From positions 8,060,001 through 8,124,000 of the forward strand of contig CP075494.1 of assembly GCA_021613535.1 (NCBI GenBank): 64,000 bases of DNA, given 5' to 3'. The notes beneath the pieces are model-generated. The model was not told the origin of the DNA and did no database searches. It worked only from the letters and a program-made list of their open reading frames with translations. Below are positions 42,358 through 56,480 of this stretch, piece after piece (the stretch's first letter is position 1; every line of letters begins with the position of its first letter). A program made the translations under genes and the position numbers. Source of the DNA: Adineta vaga (lineage: Eukaryota > Animalia > Rotifera).

Positions 42358-45199
42358 ATGAGCGTCGCGACGGCCGGTGCTGCCGTGAGCACGCAGCACC
42401 ATCAACCAACTGCAGAACAAATTCGTCTTGCTCAGTTAATTGATGATAAAAAACATAATCAACCTGAAGTTCAAGAAATCATTCGTAAAGTCCTTGATGT
42501 TGTAGAAAATTCCAATCAAGAAGATGCCCTTGTCGCTCTATTTGATTGTGATTATGATTACGAAAAAGCTGTTGCATTACTTATTGAAAAAGGTCATGAT
42601 GTAGCCAGTGAATGGCGAACAGCAAAGAATCATAAATTAACTAAAAAGCAACAACAACAACAACAAAAAGTTTCAGGAACAAAAAATGGTCATGATGAGT
42701 CGAATGAGAATGGACAACAACGAGGAAATAGTAAATAAAAATATATTCTTTTCACACAAATGCCCCTTTTTCCATAGATATTTCAACTTCTCGAGGTAAA
42801 TCTCGTGGTGGACGATTAAGATTTCAACAAAACGGAGGTGGTTCCCACAATAATAATATTAATAATAATACTAATCAACAACAACAACTACAGCAAAATG
42901 AAAGTGATATGTCACAACAAAAGCAACGAGGTGAAAGTGGATTTCGAGGTCGTTACCGTAATAATCAACGAATTGAATCTCGAGGAACTGACAGAAATTA
43001 TCATCAACAACAACAGCAACAGACAGAGCAAACACAAGATTCAAATGTTGATACTCCATCACCGTCAGATATAAATCGACGTAATAAAGGTGCTGCTACT
43101 AATTCGAGGCAACAACAGCAAGAACAATGGGATGTTGGTAATTGGAATGGTGAAACATTGATCATTTCAAGAACAACGAAAGATGAGGATCAACCAGTCA
43201 ATTCAGATACTTCAGCTACTGGTATGAATTCATTGGTTTCTTTACTTTTATTTACTTAATCTTCTTTCTAGTACAAAATGGTCAGTCGAATGTTACAAAT
43301 CAAGATCAATCGAAACCAAAATTTGATCCCATAGAAGCAGCTCGTCAGATTAAAGATGTAATTGGTATTGGTCAAACACCTAAGGCATCTATATCTGATC
43401 AACAACAAAAATCAAAACCATCTGGCCAACCATTAAATACGAAAGTCACACCACCACCACAACCACAACCACAATCAGCAGGACTAACACAACAACGTAT
43501 CCCACATCAACCAGTTATTTTTTCTGATCATTACGATGGTGGAATAAATAAAATCGATATACAATTCGGTAATCTAGGTGAATCATATGATGATACATCA
43601 TCAGCAGCTGCAACAGCGGCAGCGCATTCTATCAACAAACAGAATCCGTACCATCGAACAAAATTTCTCAACAACGACCTACGGAACAATCGACACATAT
43701 GTCATCATCGACTCGTTCATCAGAACAACCGGTGATGAATCAACAACGGATATTACTTACTCAACTTCAACAACCAACTATGACTATGAAACCAGTTGTT
43801 CCACCACAATATGCTGTTCATCATCAACAACATCAAGCGAATGCACCAAATATACTTTTACAATCGTTACTTTTTCAACAGCAACAACAACAACAACAAC
43901 AACAACCTGAGGTAAATGCAAATGAAACAAAAAGAAAGTCACTGGACAATTTTGATCTTTTCTCATTATGTATTTTCTAGCCAGTAACATTGGATACATC
44001 GTATGATCCAAATGCATTTTCACTATCATCACTTGAATTTAATTCACCATATTTTATGGCTGCAGCAATGAATGCAGCACCACCACCACCAGCAACAAAC
44101 TCAACCGCGTTATCTGGTTTCTCAACCACCCGCAGTTTCACAACAAACAGCAACGAAAAATGCTCAGACACCTTCTGCATCAGCATCAACATCATCAACA
44201 GGTGCAAAAAAAGCACCAGCAGTTCCACCTGGCATGTTTCCTCCTACAGCAGTACCATCCTTAGCACAAGCAGCATATTCAGCACCATATGGTGTTCAAC
44301 AACAAACAGGAGGACCCGCATTTTCAGGACCATATGATACTGAACATCTATTCACAAATTCATTTATGCAATTAGCAAATCCACAGCAAACACAATCACC
44401 AACAGGTGGTTATGGATCAGTTACACCGCCTGTTCAACAACAAAATCAACCACAACAAGCAAATAATAACAATGACAACAAAACAATGAAGTATGTAGAT
44501 ATTTATACCGAAGCGAATGAAAACAATTATAAACATATTTTGCTTTTAGTTTTCGTGGACCAATGAATGAAAATCTCATGTTAATACAACAGTTAAGTTT
44601 GCAACAGACGAACAGTCAACAACATGGACAACAAGCAGCTGCACATTCACCAGCAATGAACTATTTTCTTGGTCATCCACCTAGTGGTTCAAACTATTCA
44701 CCTGGTATATTTTACAAAGAATATAACGAATTTCTCTTCTATTCATCTATCATTATCAAGCTATAGAAAACATATAGCAAAACGAGCTTCTGATGATATT
44801 CTTTGTTTTTTTAATACTATTGCTTCTTCCTAATATTCTTTTTCTTCTTTTCAAGGTCCACAAATTATGTATGCACCAGCACCAGCACAAGCAGCTATGA
44901 CTCAGCAACAACAACAACAACAACAACAACAATTCCCAAAACAACAAGGACAACAATATAATCAACATAATTCATCAATAGGCATGGCGGGTAATGAAGA
45001 TTATTATGGTCGTGGTTCGTCATCATCTAATAAAGAAGGACAATATATATATGCGGCAGCTAATCAACCTCCACATATTCCAACACAATCGACTGGTCAA
45101 CAACAAGGTGTGAACAAACAACAACAACAACATCAACGTACTGGCGGAAATGTTTATAATAATCAACAAGGTCAACAACGTCCATTTCAATTAAAATGA
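42358..45199 (+). CDS. lig: Lingerer/UBAP2(L)-like UBA-domain, RGG- and Q-rich protein; two apparent frameshifts
   Basis: QPTAEQIRLAQ followed by a UBA domain (ALVALFDCDYDYEKAVALLIE), RGG segments, DIQFGNL and KAPAVPPGM. Confidence 0.85.
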
Positions 45200-45663
45200 A
45201 CGACTTCTTGAACATTTCTTCTTTCACTCTTGCAGCTATTACTACTAACTTGTGTGCGTGTGTCTCTAACTTGTAACTGTGATTCGATTCTTGTTTCTCA
45301 CATTGGGCACAGCCCATTCCTATCCGTTAATCTTGTCGTTTGTTGCTGACACGTCAGTTTTTTACATTCAGTTTGCATTATTCTGTCTCATATAAACATA
45401 TAAAACGCCTCATTGTCGTTCATTCGGTTTTCGTTTTTCTTTTTCTCTGTAAATCCAGACTTTCTTCGTCGTTCTCTTCTATTGAACTGTTTAGGTTTTC
45501 ATCTCTCTCTTCTCTTTTTCTAAACGTGAACATGAAACAAACAAAAAGAACTTTAAAAAATGACTTCTTTTTTTTCGTTTATTTGTTTTTTTAGATAAAC
45601 TTAGTTCGACTTCTTTTTTTCTTGCCTTTTATTTTGACCCGAACATCATTTGTTTGGGTCTTC

Positions 45664-47664
45664 ATGCAGAGTATGCCTGGCAGAGATTCAAAACGTAATC
45701 AACAGGGTAATTACAATAGTTATGGGTATGTATAATTTTCAAGTTAATGATAGAATTAAAGAATAAATTATCAAGATATGCGAATGGTCGAGGTGGTGGT
45801 GGTGGTGCGCCACGCAATCATGTAATACCAAATGAGCCTCCGTTTACAGCTTATATTGGTAATGCACCTGATTCAATGGTACAAGGTGATTTTGAAACTC
45901 ATCTATTTGTTGGTTTAAAAATTAAACAAGTTCGATTAGTACGTGATCGACAAACTGATCGATTTCGAGGTAAATCAATTTTATCAGTTTTATTGGACAC
46001 TGATTAATTTGATTCTTTTGATTTGTAGGTTTTGCTTATGTAGATTTTGAAGATGCAGCTTCATTACGTCGTGCAATCGAGTTGGATGGAACAGTATGTT
46101 AAAATACACGAGAGAAGAAAACGAGGTATCTAAATATAATCTATTTTAGTTTATTAATGATCGTCCAATTCGTATCGATGTTGCTGTTCGACCATTAGGT
46201 GCAGCAAAAACAGAAGGTTTTCGAAATAAACGTAAGTGTTTTTTATCTTCTGATTGCTCGTGAAATAAATAAATAATATGGATTTATTTTAGCTGGTTTT
46301 GAATCACTTGATAGTCGTCGTCATCCATCGGGTAATAGCAATACTGGTACACGCCAAGGTGGTCGAAATAATAGCAATTATAGTCAACAAGAAACTGTTC
46401 ATACTGTCGAGGATGGATATCATGATGGTGAATTTATTTAGATTTATTTACTTTCTTTCACACTACAATATTTAGATTCTCATTCTGGACGCAATCGTCA
46501 ACCATCAGATTCAGGTAAAACAACAGAACGTCGTAATAGTCAAAGTCAACAACATAAAACTCCACCACGACAAGTATCGAATGATGATGTTTTTATTGCT
46601 CCTGATACTCCAGTATCGAATGAAGATGGTGTCGATCAAGGAACTTCAACAATGAATCGACAACAGAGTAGAAACTGGGCTGATTGTCCAATTGATGAAT
46701 CTGTTACTGAATCATCTCCACCGCCAAGTGCCAATAATACATTAACGAATGATGATTTTCAAGTAAGAAATTTACTTTAGATGTTCTGTAACTAAGAGAA
46801 AGAAAGAAATTTGCATTCTATAGGTTGTTCGAAATAAAAATGTTAAATCACGTCCGAATCAACATTCTTCTTCACGTCCAATGAGTGGTACTCAATCGGT
46901 TCGTGGTCGAAATAATGGTAATAATTATAATCGTGGAGGTGTTACACAAATGTCAGGTGGACGCGGCTTCTATGATCAATTTTCACCTCAGTATTCCAAT
47001 CAATCTCAACAATTTTATCATCATCAACAAGGATATCCTCCACCATTACATATAGGTCTATCCTATCATATGAATAATAATTCTCATCATCGACAACCAC
47101 AACAACAGCCACCTCGACAACGTGTTAATTCCAATCGATCAAATACAAATCGAAATTATCTTGATGAAGATGAACGTGCAAGAAAAGGTGAAAATGAGAA
47201 TTCAAATAGTCTGGATAACAATTCCGTAGCAGCTGGTAAGTTTTCACTATGATAAATGATTGTATAATATCTTTCATCTGTAGAAAATCGACCACGTTTA
47301 CAATTATTACCTCGTTCGCAAAAACTTTCATCATCAACAGATGATAATCAAACACCTGAACCAGTATCAAGAAATGCCGGCATATTTGGTTCAGGTAAAC
47401 CACGTGATGAACATGATCCAAAACTGGTTGAATTAAATAAACATATCGAGGAAGTAGTTGAAAAAGAACAACATGTTCCGCGAACGAAATCAACGGCATC
47501 TAATGAATCAACAGATGGCGTTACCAAGTATGTTTGAACATTTCGATTTTGAAATCTATTCTGAACTTCGTTACCGAAAAATATATCCGTCAAGAAAAGT
47601 TTTTCTAACCTTATTCTTTTTTTCTAGACCGGTACGGATTTTAACAGCCTCAACTGGCTCATAG
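45664..47664 (+). CDS. EIF4H: eIF4H-like RRM translation initiation factor with long low-complexity insert, multi-exon
   Basis: PNEPPFTAYIGN..MVQGD, VRLVRDRQTDRFRG|FAYVDF and RIDVA, with C-terminal RPRLQLLPRS and IFGSGKPRDE. Confidence 0.85.
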
Positions 47665-47888
47665 ATGGTTGAGTTAAACCAAAAATGATCAATACAAACA
47701 TTGTCTTTTGTTTTTTGTCTTTTCTATTTTTATCCGTTTTGTTGTGTAATTTCATTGGTAAGCATGCACACATATTTATTCTAAAAATGTGTGATTGCGA
47801 TTAACTATTCATTTTGTTTTGTTTATTTATCATTTGAAAGTAAGCAATTGCCTTCATTTAATGGTTTTTGTTTCTTTCTTTTCCTCTT

Positions 47889-47910
47889 CTCTCTCTCTCT
47901 CTCTCTCTCT
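47889..47910. repeat. (CT)n microsatellite
   Basis: Run of ctctct in the eIF4H 3' region. Similar (AG)n runs occur near 21035 and 31548. Confidence 0.8.
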
Positions 47911-48186
47911 GGTTCATAGATTATTGATGAGAAAGGAAACGAATACGACGTTGATAGATTTCTTTTTCATTGTATGTGAATGTTGAGCAAAATCATGTTC
48001 TTCTCTTTTTTCGTTGGGTTTCTTTTGTTGTTCTTGTTGTTGTGGTGTATTTGACTTCCTTTGCACAGACTTTATTGTACAGTTCTTTCGAAGAAACAAA
48101 TAAAACATATATATATATATAAACCTCTTTTGTTGGTTACAAACTATACATATCGAATGTCTTCATTTATTTAGAAAATCATCTCG

Positions 48187-49079
48187 ATGACATCAACATT
48201 GATCTCATCAAAATCGAACTCGGGTAAAGTGTCGAATAATAATGCAACTGCAAGTGAAAATTCGACTGAAACACCAATAACAGAAGAAGAACTACTAAAA
48301 AAGGATGCACCAATTACTGTCAATGATATTCTTCGATTGAGAAAACCAACAAATAGTAAGTTATGAATCGGTTCAAATAACATTTATTTTCATGTTTTCT
48401 TTTAGATTATTTGACAGAAACAGATGAGAATGCATATAAAATTGATTTCGTCCATTTTCGAATTCGTGATATGAAAACTAATACAATTCTTTTTGAAGTC
48501 GAACGACCACGTGGTAGAACACATTCTTCATATATAGTATGAAATTTATTTATCTGAAATTTATAGATGATGGAGAAACAGAGAATGCGATTGAATTAAC
48601 AGCTGGTCGTTTTGTTCAATATCATTTTTCATCATCATTTTTAAAACTTCGACAAGTCGGAGCTTTGTAAGTTTGTTGAAAAAGTAAATGGTATAAATTT
48701 GATGTGTTATCTGTTAATTTTAGAGTTGATTTTACAGTTGGTGATCGTGAAGTCAAATCTTTTCGAATGATTGAACGTCATTATTTTCGTGATCAATTAA
48801 TCAAATCATTTGATTTTGATTTTGGTTTTTGTCCACCAAATACTCGCAATTCCATTGAACATATTTATGAAATGCCGGAATTTAGTTCCAAACAAAGTAA
48901 TGCAAAACTTTCTTTTCGACTAAAACTTCGCTTCTCACTCTACATATTTACATATATACATTTTAGTTAAAGAAATGATTGAACATCCCAATGAAACCAA
49001 GTCAGACAGTTTTTATTTCGTCGACAATCAATTAATCATGCATAAGAAAGCAACTTATGCATTCGATCATGACCAATAA
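48187..49079 (+). CDS. UNC119: UNC119 myristoyl-binding protein, 5 exons
   Basis: [44 protein letters not shown] and [22 protein letters not shown] motifs. Confidence 0.95.
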
Positions 49080-49278
49080 CATACAGATGATTTAGATATA
49101 TCTCTACTTTCCGGTTTTTTTCGGACCAATTTTGCTTTTGATGTATTTTTGCTTTATGTAATAATGTTTTAAAATATTTTATTTATCATGTAACAGTAAA
49201 ACAATATTTTATTTACTTTCTTCTTCTTCTTTTTTTTCCGATGATGATGATGAAGAAAATGAAATAATAAGAATAAGA

Positions 49279-52200
49279 ATGATGATGACCATGAATCAAT
49301 ATGATTGTTTAAATAAAGCTCAATTAAGTTTCGAATATTTGCATACAAATTCAACTACACATACATTTCTATTCGGTGCGTTAGCTGAATTAGTTGATAA
49401 TTCAAGAGATGCTGGTGCAAGAAATCTACATATTTATACGCACAAAGATCTTTCATTACGTGGAGGATTCTATTTAGCATTTCTAGATGATGGATGTGGA
49501 ATGCATTACGGTAAATCTAGGGAAAGAAAATATCATTCTTTGAAAACTATTCAACATTTTTATAGATGATGTTTTTAATGTCATTGTTTTCGGTAAATCT
49601 GCTAAACGACATACATTGGATTCAACTCAGATTGGTCAATATGGTAATGGTTTAAAATCTGGTGCTATGCGTATTGCAAATGATTTTATATTATTTACAA
49701 AAAAAGATAATATTGGAACATGTTTATTTCTTTCTCGAACATTTCATCAAGAAGAACATATTACACAAATCATGTGTCCAATGCCTTGTTTTGATTTAAC
49801 TACTCATCAACCAATTGATAATACTGATAATCAACAAATAAATGGCACACGTACTTATACGTATGATAAAGTTAAACATGAACTTGAAATGCATTTAATT
49901 ACAAAATATTCTCCATTTAAAACCGTTGCTGATCTTTTTAAACAATTCGATTTAATTACATCTTCAACAGGCACATTAATTGTTCTCTATAATGTTAAAT
50001 TGTCGGAGACCGGTGAAGCTGAATTGGATATTAAAAGTGATCCATATGATATTGTTATTGATTCGAAAAACCGAAGAAATCTTTTTGATGATGATGATGA
50101 TGATAGGTAAATACAATGGATATATTCGAAATGATCAAGATAGTTTTCTCTTACTTTCAAATGAGATAATGAAGGCAGATTGGAATGATCAAACGATTGA
50201 AAAATCATGCAATGAGCATTTGGATGCTAAGATCTTAACGGAATTTGCATGAATGAAAAGAAACAATATATACCATCAATCTTTGCTTTGAAATAAACTT
50301 GTTGTTTAAATTTTTCACATTTAGTACACCAACTGAATATCGCTCACTTCGTGCATATGTATCGATTCTTTATTATGAACCACGTATGCGTATTACAATC
50401 CAACAACGACGTGTCATAACCAAAAGACTTCCACATACATTATATAAACCTCGGCAATATCAATTTAAATCCACTCGTTTCAAAACACGTTCTGAAAATG
50501 AAATAAAACAATGTGAGAAAGAATTAATTTCATTAGAAGAACGTGTTCGTGAAGCAGATTCTCAAGTTCATGATGTTCAACAACGGATGGGTATTTCGAC
50601 ATCGATTGATGATCGTTCACGACTACGAAAATTACAAATACATGCAGCTGAATTGAAAGATATTGCGAATCGATTACGAAATGGTCTTACAAGAAAAAAG
50701 TCCGAATTGAATACAACAAAAACGTTAACATTAATATTCGGATTAAATATAACGAATCGTGCAGCTGACGGAGTTTTTGTGTATAATTGTGGACGATTAA
50801 TTCGAATGTATGAAAAAATTGGACAACCAAATAAAAAAATGTTGTAAGTTTCCTTTGTTTTTGTATATTATTAAATTCATCATTGGACAAAATCAATTTC
50901 TTTAGATATTGTCGTGGAGTTATTGGAGTAGTAGATGTTCCTTCTATTGTACTTCAACCGACACATAATAAACAAGCATTTGCTGATGAAAAAGAATATC
51001 ATTTTTTACTGAAAAATATGGGAGAATATATGCGACAATATTGGACTGATACTGGTATTGAACATTATGTGAAAGAATTTTGGGAAACTTATGGTAAGTT
51101 TTAGAAACATAGTTGCAAATATTTAGTTTTCGTTCTTTTTCGAAAGGCTATCGAGATGATCAACTGGACCGACTACCATCAAATGATCCAGAAGCAATTA
51201 AACGTCGACAATTTGCCGTTCCAACGCTTACGCAATGCAATAAATGTCTCAAATGGAGACGATTACCGTATACTGGTGATGCAACATCCTTAACACAAAC
51301 ACAACTTGAAACATGGGAATGTTCTAATAATACCGATCTTTTAAATAGTTCGTATGTAATTCTTGATTTTATCATTTCATTCAAGCATTATATTAAATTT
51401 ATTTTCAGTTGTACAGCCAATGAAAAACTTGAAGTTATACCTGAAGGTGAATTGAGACAAAAATCTTCGGATACAAATAATCAAAATCGTCTTGCATCGC
51501 GAGCAATATCTCCACCATTTCGAACAACAGGAAATAATAAACGATTATCCAATGCAGAGATCTCGTCCACAACAAATAATATTGTAAATCTAACTTTTGT
51601 TTTCTTTTCGTTTTTGTACATTTTTGTCAATCTAAATTTCAGAATTCAAAACCAACGACTCGATCAAGTCTTGTTCTGCCAACATCTCTATCTGCTCAAA
51701 AACGTGCTCTACCTACATCATATTCATTATCACCAAAAATAAAACCTAAAAAGAAACTAAAACGACGAATTATCAAACAGTCAAACAACCATGATATTAC
51801 CAGTGATGATGACGAAACATTGTCTTCCGCTACTAAACAAGTACGTATTTCACAATCGATATACATGTTAATATTTCCATCCTATTCTTACTTAGTCTAA
51901 TCTACCAACATCTTTATCCGATTTTGTCACATCTACCAATCATGTTCATATTATCGATGATAATGATGATGATAAAAATAATAATAATAATATCGAAAAT
52001 AGTGATAATAATGAAATTGTTACGAGTGGACCACTTCCACCGCCGACAATTGGTGCACGTGTTTGCGCAATGTATCAAGGTGCTCGTCGTTCTGGTCAAG
52101 TACTAAATGTCAATGATAAACGTGCAATGTTTAAAATGCGTTTTGATGAGTTTCCAACAGCTGAATTTGATTATTCATTCAGTTATAAGTCATCTGCTTG

Positions 52201-52773
52201 GTCATATATTGGTACACCACCACAATCATTCACACAATCAGCAGAAGTCATTACAAATGAGAATGAACCATTATCTACTATTGTAAAGAAATTTAAAGCT
52301 TTAATCAAAGTAAATCTTCTATAGAAAAGATTTTTTATCAATGAGGATAATTTTATTTTTTGTAGTTCATGTTACCACCTGACTGGGATTTAACACGTGA
52401 ACAAGTAACTTCTATGAGTTATGATGATCTATCTCAATTTGATGTTGCAATATTTATGCAATCTTATCGAGAAAAAATTACTAAAGTATACAGAAACAAA
52501 CAAATTCCCACGATATCCTAATCCTAATCTGTTTCTTATTGTAGATTGTTGAACAACGTAAAGCTGATGAAACACGTTGGCGTGAATCAGCTCAACGTTT
52601 ACAAAATGAAGTGACCGATTTACTTAATCTTTCCGGCATGGTTCGTATAGAAACAAAATACATCACATTTTCTTTCTATCTTTTCATTGTAGTCGATTCC
52701 AAACGATTGTTCCATGGAAGATTTCGAAAGTTTGATTCAAACCTACACAACACAATTAGAAAAATCCTCATAA
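49279..52773 (+). CDS. MORC2: MORC family GHKL ATPase with CW zinc finger (MORC2-like), multi-exon
   Basis: [66 protein letters not shown], a coiled-coil insertion, [10 protein letters not shown] and a CW domain ([12 protein letters not shown]...WECSNN). Confidence 0.95.
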
Positions 52774-53238
52774 TTTTCAGTACATACTCTACGCGTTTTT
52801 TTAAATCAAAATAGTATTTTGTATATAACTTTTGAGTAAAAGGGTAGGTGAACGTTTTTTGTGATATTCAGTTCTTATAAAAGAAAAACAAAACTGATAC
52901 TATGTTTAGATATGTTTATGAATATGTATATCATTGTTACTGTTGTTTTTCTTCCTTTTTTTTTGTTGTTTTCTTTTTGCATACTATTAGAACAAATGAA
53001 ATGTGAAGAAAAAAAACGAAACGTGAAGCATTTTAGAAATAAATTGATAGATGAAAGAAATGAACAGAGTTTTTTTTCTTCTTTGATTCAATAAAACAAT
53101 CGATTGTCGTAATTTACGCGTACGTTTTAATGATGTGCATAACAACAGACAGTTCGAATCTCAAATTTCCGCAGGTCTTGATGAAGAAAAAAGATCTCAA
53201 TTCTCATCATTTTCTCATCCTTATTTGTACTTGAAACA

Positions 53239-53718
53239 ATGGTTATGTTAACAAATCAAAAATTTGCGATTGATTTACTTATTTCTATATTAATCATATT
53301 TGTTCTTAGTACGACTATTTTATCAATTTCAACTAATCATTGGAATGTTAAATATGAAAATTCTCTTACAAATCGAACGGGTCTTTTTCAACAATGTTCA
53401 AATACATTTTGTTGTGATAAAAAAGAATTAGATCGTTCAATAACATTATTAGTTCTATTTACTCTTATTCTTTTAACCATGAGTACGCTTTCTTCATTTA
53501 TACTAATGGCAACAGCAATGGAATATACAACTCGATGTTATATTCTTGTACCATTAACTTTATTTGGATCAGGTATTACAATGACATTGGCATTAATTCA
53601 AATCTTAGATCGATTAGATCTAAATGGTTATTCAGCATATACCTTTATTGTTGATACTCTTCTATCGTATATTTTAGGTGGAATTTCACTTTTGCATGCT
53701 AATATGTTCTATTTTTAA
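53239..53718 (+). CDS. Claudin/PMP22-like tetraspan membrane protein
   Basis: Four hydrophobic segments with W...GLFQQC...C in the first loop. Confidence 0.7.
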   Translation: MVMLTNQKFAIDLLISILIIFVLSTTILSISTNHWNVKYENSLTNRTGLFQQCSNTFCCDKKELDRSITLLVLFTLILLTMSTLSSFILMATAMEYTTRCYILVPLTLFGSGITMTLALIQILDRLDLNGYSAYTFIVDTLLSYILGGISLLHANMFYF

Positions 53719-53887
53719 AAAAGAGAGTTTTTTAATTTCATATTTGAATTAGATTAATGAATGATCTATGATAGATGAGGAATTGATCGTCCTTTGTCGA
53801 TCATTTTGTATTTAATAAATATTAAACTTACAAACCAACAAATAAATAAAAAGAAAGAATAACACCTAGTTTGAAACTAATCTATAT

Positions 53888-55412
53888 TTACATTCTTGTA
53901 ACATTTTGTACATCAACTTGATATCTTGCCCGAGCAATTTCTTGTTCATCTTCTCCAATATGTATTTTCATCAATTTCCCATATCCATGATAAATCCATG
54001 CACCAATCAATGCACCAAAAACAGGTCCAACACATGGAATCCAAAAATAATAATTTCCAACAGAAAAGACTTCTGATCCATAACCGACACACAGTGTAAA
54101 TAAACGTGGACCAAGATCACGTGCTGGATTGATCGGAAATCCACAATTGTAACCTAAACAAAAATGATTTATTTTCTTGTTCTTTAACGCATATTTTCTA
54201 TACCAAAGGCAACACCAATAGCAACAATTACAAATCCAACAGCGAGAGGAATTTGAGCATTTGCAACAAGTTTATTTCGTTTATTTGATAATGCACAAAC
54301 AGCAATAAGTAATAATGCTGTCGAAAGAACTTGATCAAAGAAAAGTGATACTTGTCCAACACCTTGAGCAGGTAATGTACCAAATATACCAGCAGTTGCT
54401 TGTTCACCTGTAACCTACGCAACATTATGGATTCATATAAAAAAACTATCCGCTATTTTTTCACTATAAAAACTCATACTTGTCTAACGCCTCCATCAAA
54501 TTGGGCAATAGCACTATAATAAGTTCCAAATACTAATGCAGCTGCAATAAATGCTCCAATAAATTCTAAAAAAACAACTTCAGTTTTTCGCTATACGTTC
54601 GCTCTACTTTCTTCTGTGACATACGTGATATTGTATAAGCAAGACATTGCAATGGTGTTATAGAACGTAAACTTAACATTGCAATTGATACAGCTGGATT
54701 GAGATGTGCACCTAACAAAATAATCATACCTATATCTTAAATAGTTTTATATAGACATTGAATACCTGAGATTGGACCAGCAACATACACAGCAATCAAT
54801 GCACCAAATCCAAAAGCAAAATTAACTGAAAGAAAACTTGAAAGTTTTCCACGTGATAACGTAAATTGAGCAATGCCTGAGCATCCAAATAAAACGAGAA
54901 TGGTCGTACCAAATAATTCAGCAATACATTCTGCTAAAAGTCGTATCCATGGTCGATGTGAATGAATAGTATCCGAATCCATGCCATTGGACTTTGTATG
55001 TTCAACTGTTACTAACATGGAATAAAATGAAATGATAGATATTTACAATATAGATAGATGATAAAAAAGAAGGAAGGATTCTTAATTTAAATATTTATTT
55101 ATGACATAATTCAGAAGATCTCAAGGATGGATGAACGACACTTGATAGAGAAAAAGGAAAGAAAACAAATTCTAGATTACCCATTGCTATTGTTGAATTC
55201 ATTTTTGGAAGTTCTCCACTTATTGATGATTCACTTTTACTTGTACTAAATGATGATGGACGTCGGCTATTGAGATCAATCGTTTCATGAATCGATATTT
55301 TATCTTCTGTAGCAATTTCATCTTTTCGTTCGTTATCAATCTCGTCTTTTGGTGCTAGAAATACTTCACTCATTTCCTCAGGATTGCGTGTATCTGGTAT
55401 AGCGTTAAGCAT
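53888..55412 (-). CDS. Aquaglyceroporin (AQP3/7/9/10-like), multi-exon; start at 55412 or 55373
   Basis: AELFGT, SG|[17 protein letters not shown] and [16 protein letters not shown] (NPARD is the glyceroporin signature), plus YFWIP. Confidence 0.92.
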
Positions 55413-56480
55413 TTTACTTAACACTTCAGACGAAAATCGATTGATGAGAAATAAAAATCAAAGTCGAATGAGTACAATATATAGTGAAAAAAAGAACGAT
55501 ATGCCTATTGAAGCATGAGACAATAGATAATGTAGTATCTTAAGATACACATCACGTTACTGGCTTACTCGTGACTATTCGATTGAACATTTAAGAAAGA
55601 ACAAAGATCAGAGAGTAGAAACAATGTCAAAATCGATGCGCTTGATATCCATGAATAGATGATAGAATGCGTTTTGATTGAACATAAGCAAATAAAAAGT
55701 ATTTTGTGGGTCATCATTTGTTAAGAAGATAATATTGACCTATTGAACTTCAAATTCATAAAAAAATCAATTCTGTTCGAAAGCTAATAGTAGTTTTTTT
55801 CATCGTATAAATTGCATAACAATATCAAATGGAATAAGTTTTCGTTTAAATAAAACGACCTATACAACGAGGACGAATGTTAAAACGTAATTGTCTGTCT
55901 ATCTTTCTTTGTCATATGTGAAATAGCATATGTCATTGAGAGTCAATATTAGGTAAGAATAAGTTATCATTCATAAGATTTCGACTTTTAGAATGTCATT
56001 TTTCATGACTACAACCGGATTTCTGTTGAGAAGTTTTCGATACAATCACCAATCGTATAAAATAAATCGTATAGTTATACAATACTCGACGTTGATGTCT
56101 TACAAGAATTATAACAATAGTTCAACAGTCATCGTTACTATCAAAATTGTTTCAATCCGATATCTTTGTTGAACATTATTGCAGTCTATAATATTACTAT
56201 TCTAATTCGTAGAAAATATATCAGTCATTCATTCATGTTTATCAAAGAGTAATCCTTCTTTTTCACTGTAAAGAGAAGTATAGAGACTGTGTATACAAAA
56301 AAAAATAGGAGAAAATATCCAATGACAATGACAGAAATATACATCAAAGAAACAATAAATTAGATCATATACATAAACAAGATAGAAACTATGTGTGTTT
56401 TCTTCTAAGGATCCTTCGTGAACTATTCAACATGTAAAACCATATGAAAACAAAATGCATTGGATATGTGTTTTTGTTTT

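Noticed and set aside
42640-45130. CAA/CAG tandem repeats
   Set aside because: They encode poly-Q tracts in lingerer and are not a CRISPR or satellite array. No CRISPR-like repeat-spacer structure was seen in the window.
50107-50324. Possible cassette exon within the long MORC intron
   Set aside because: There is an open stretch but no convincing donor/acceptor pair, and the flanking exons join without it.
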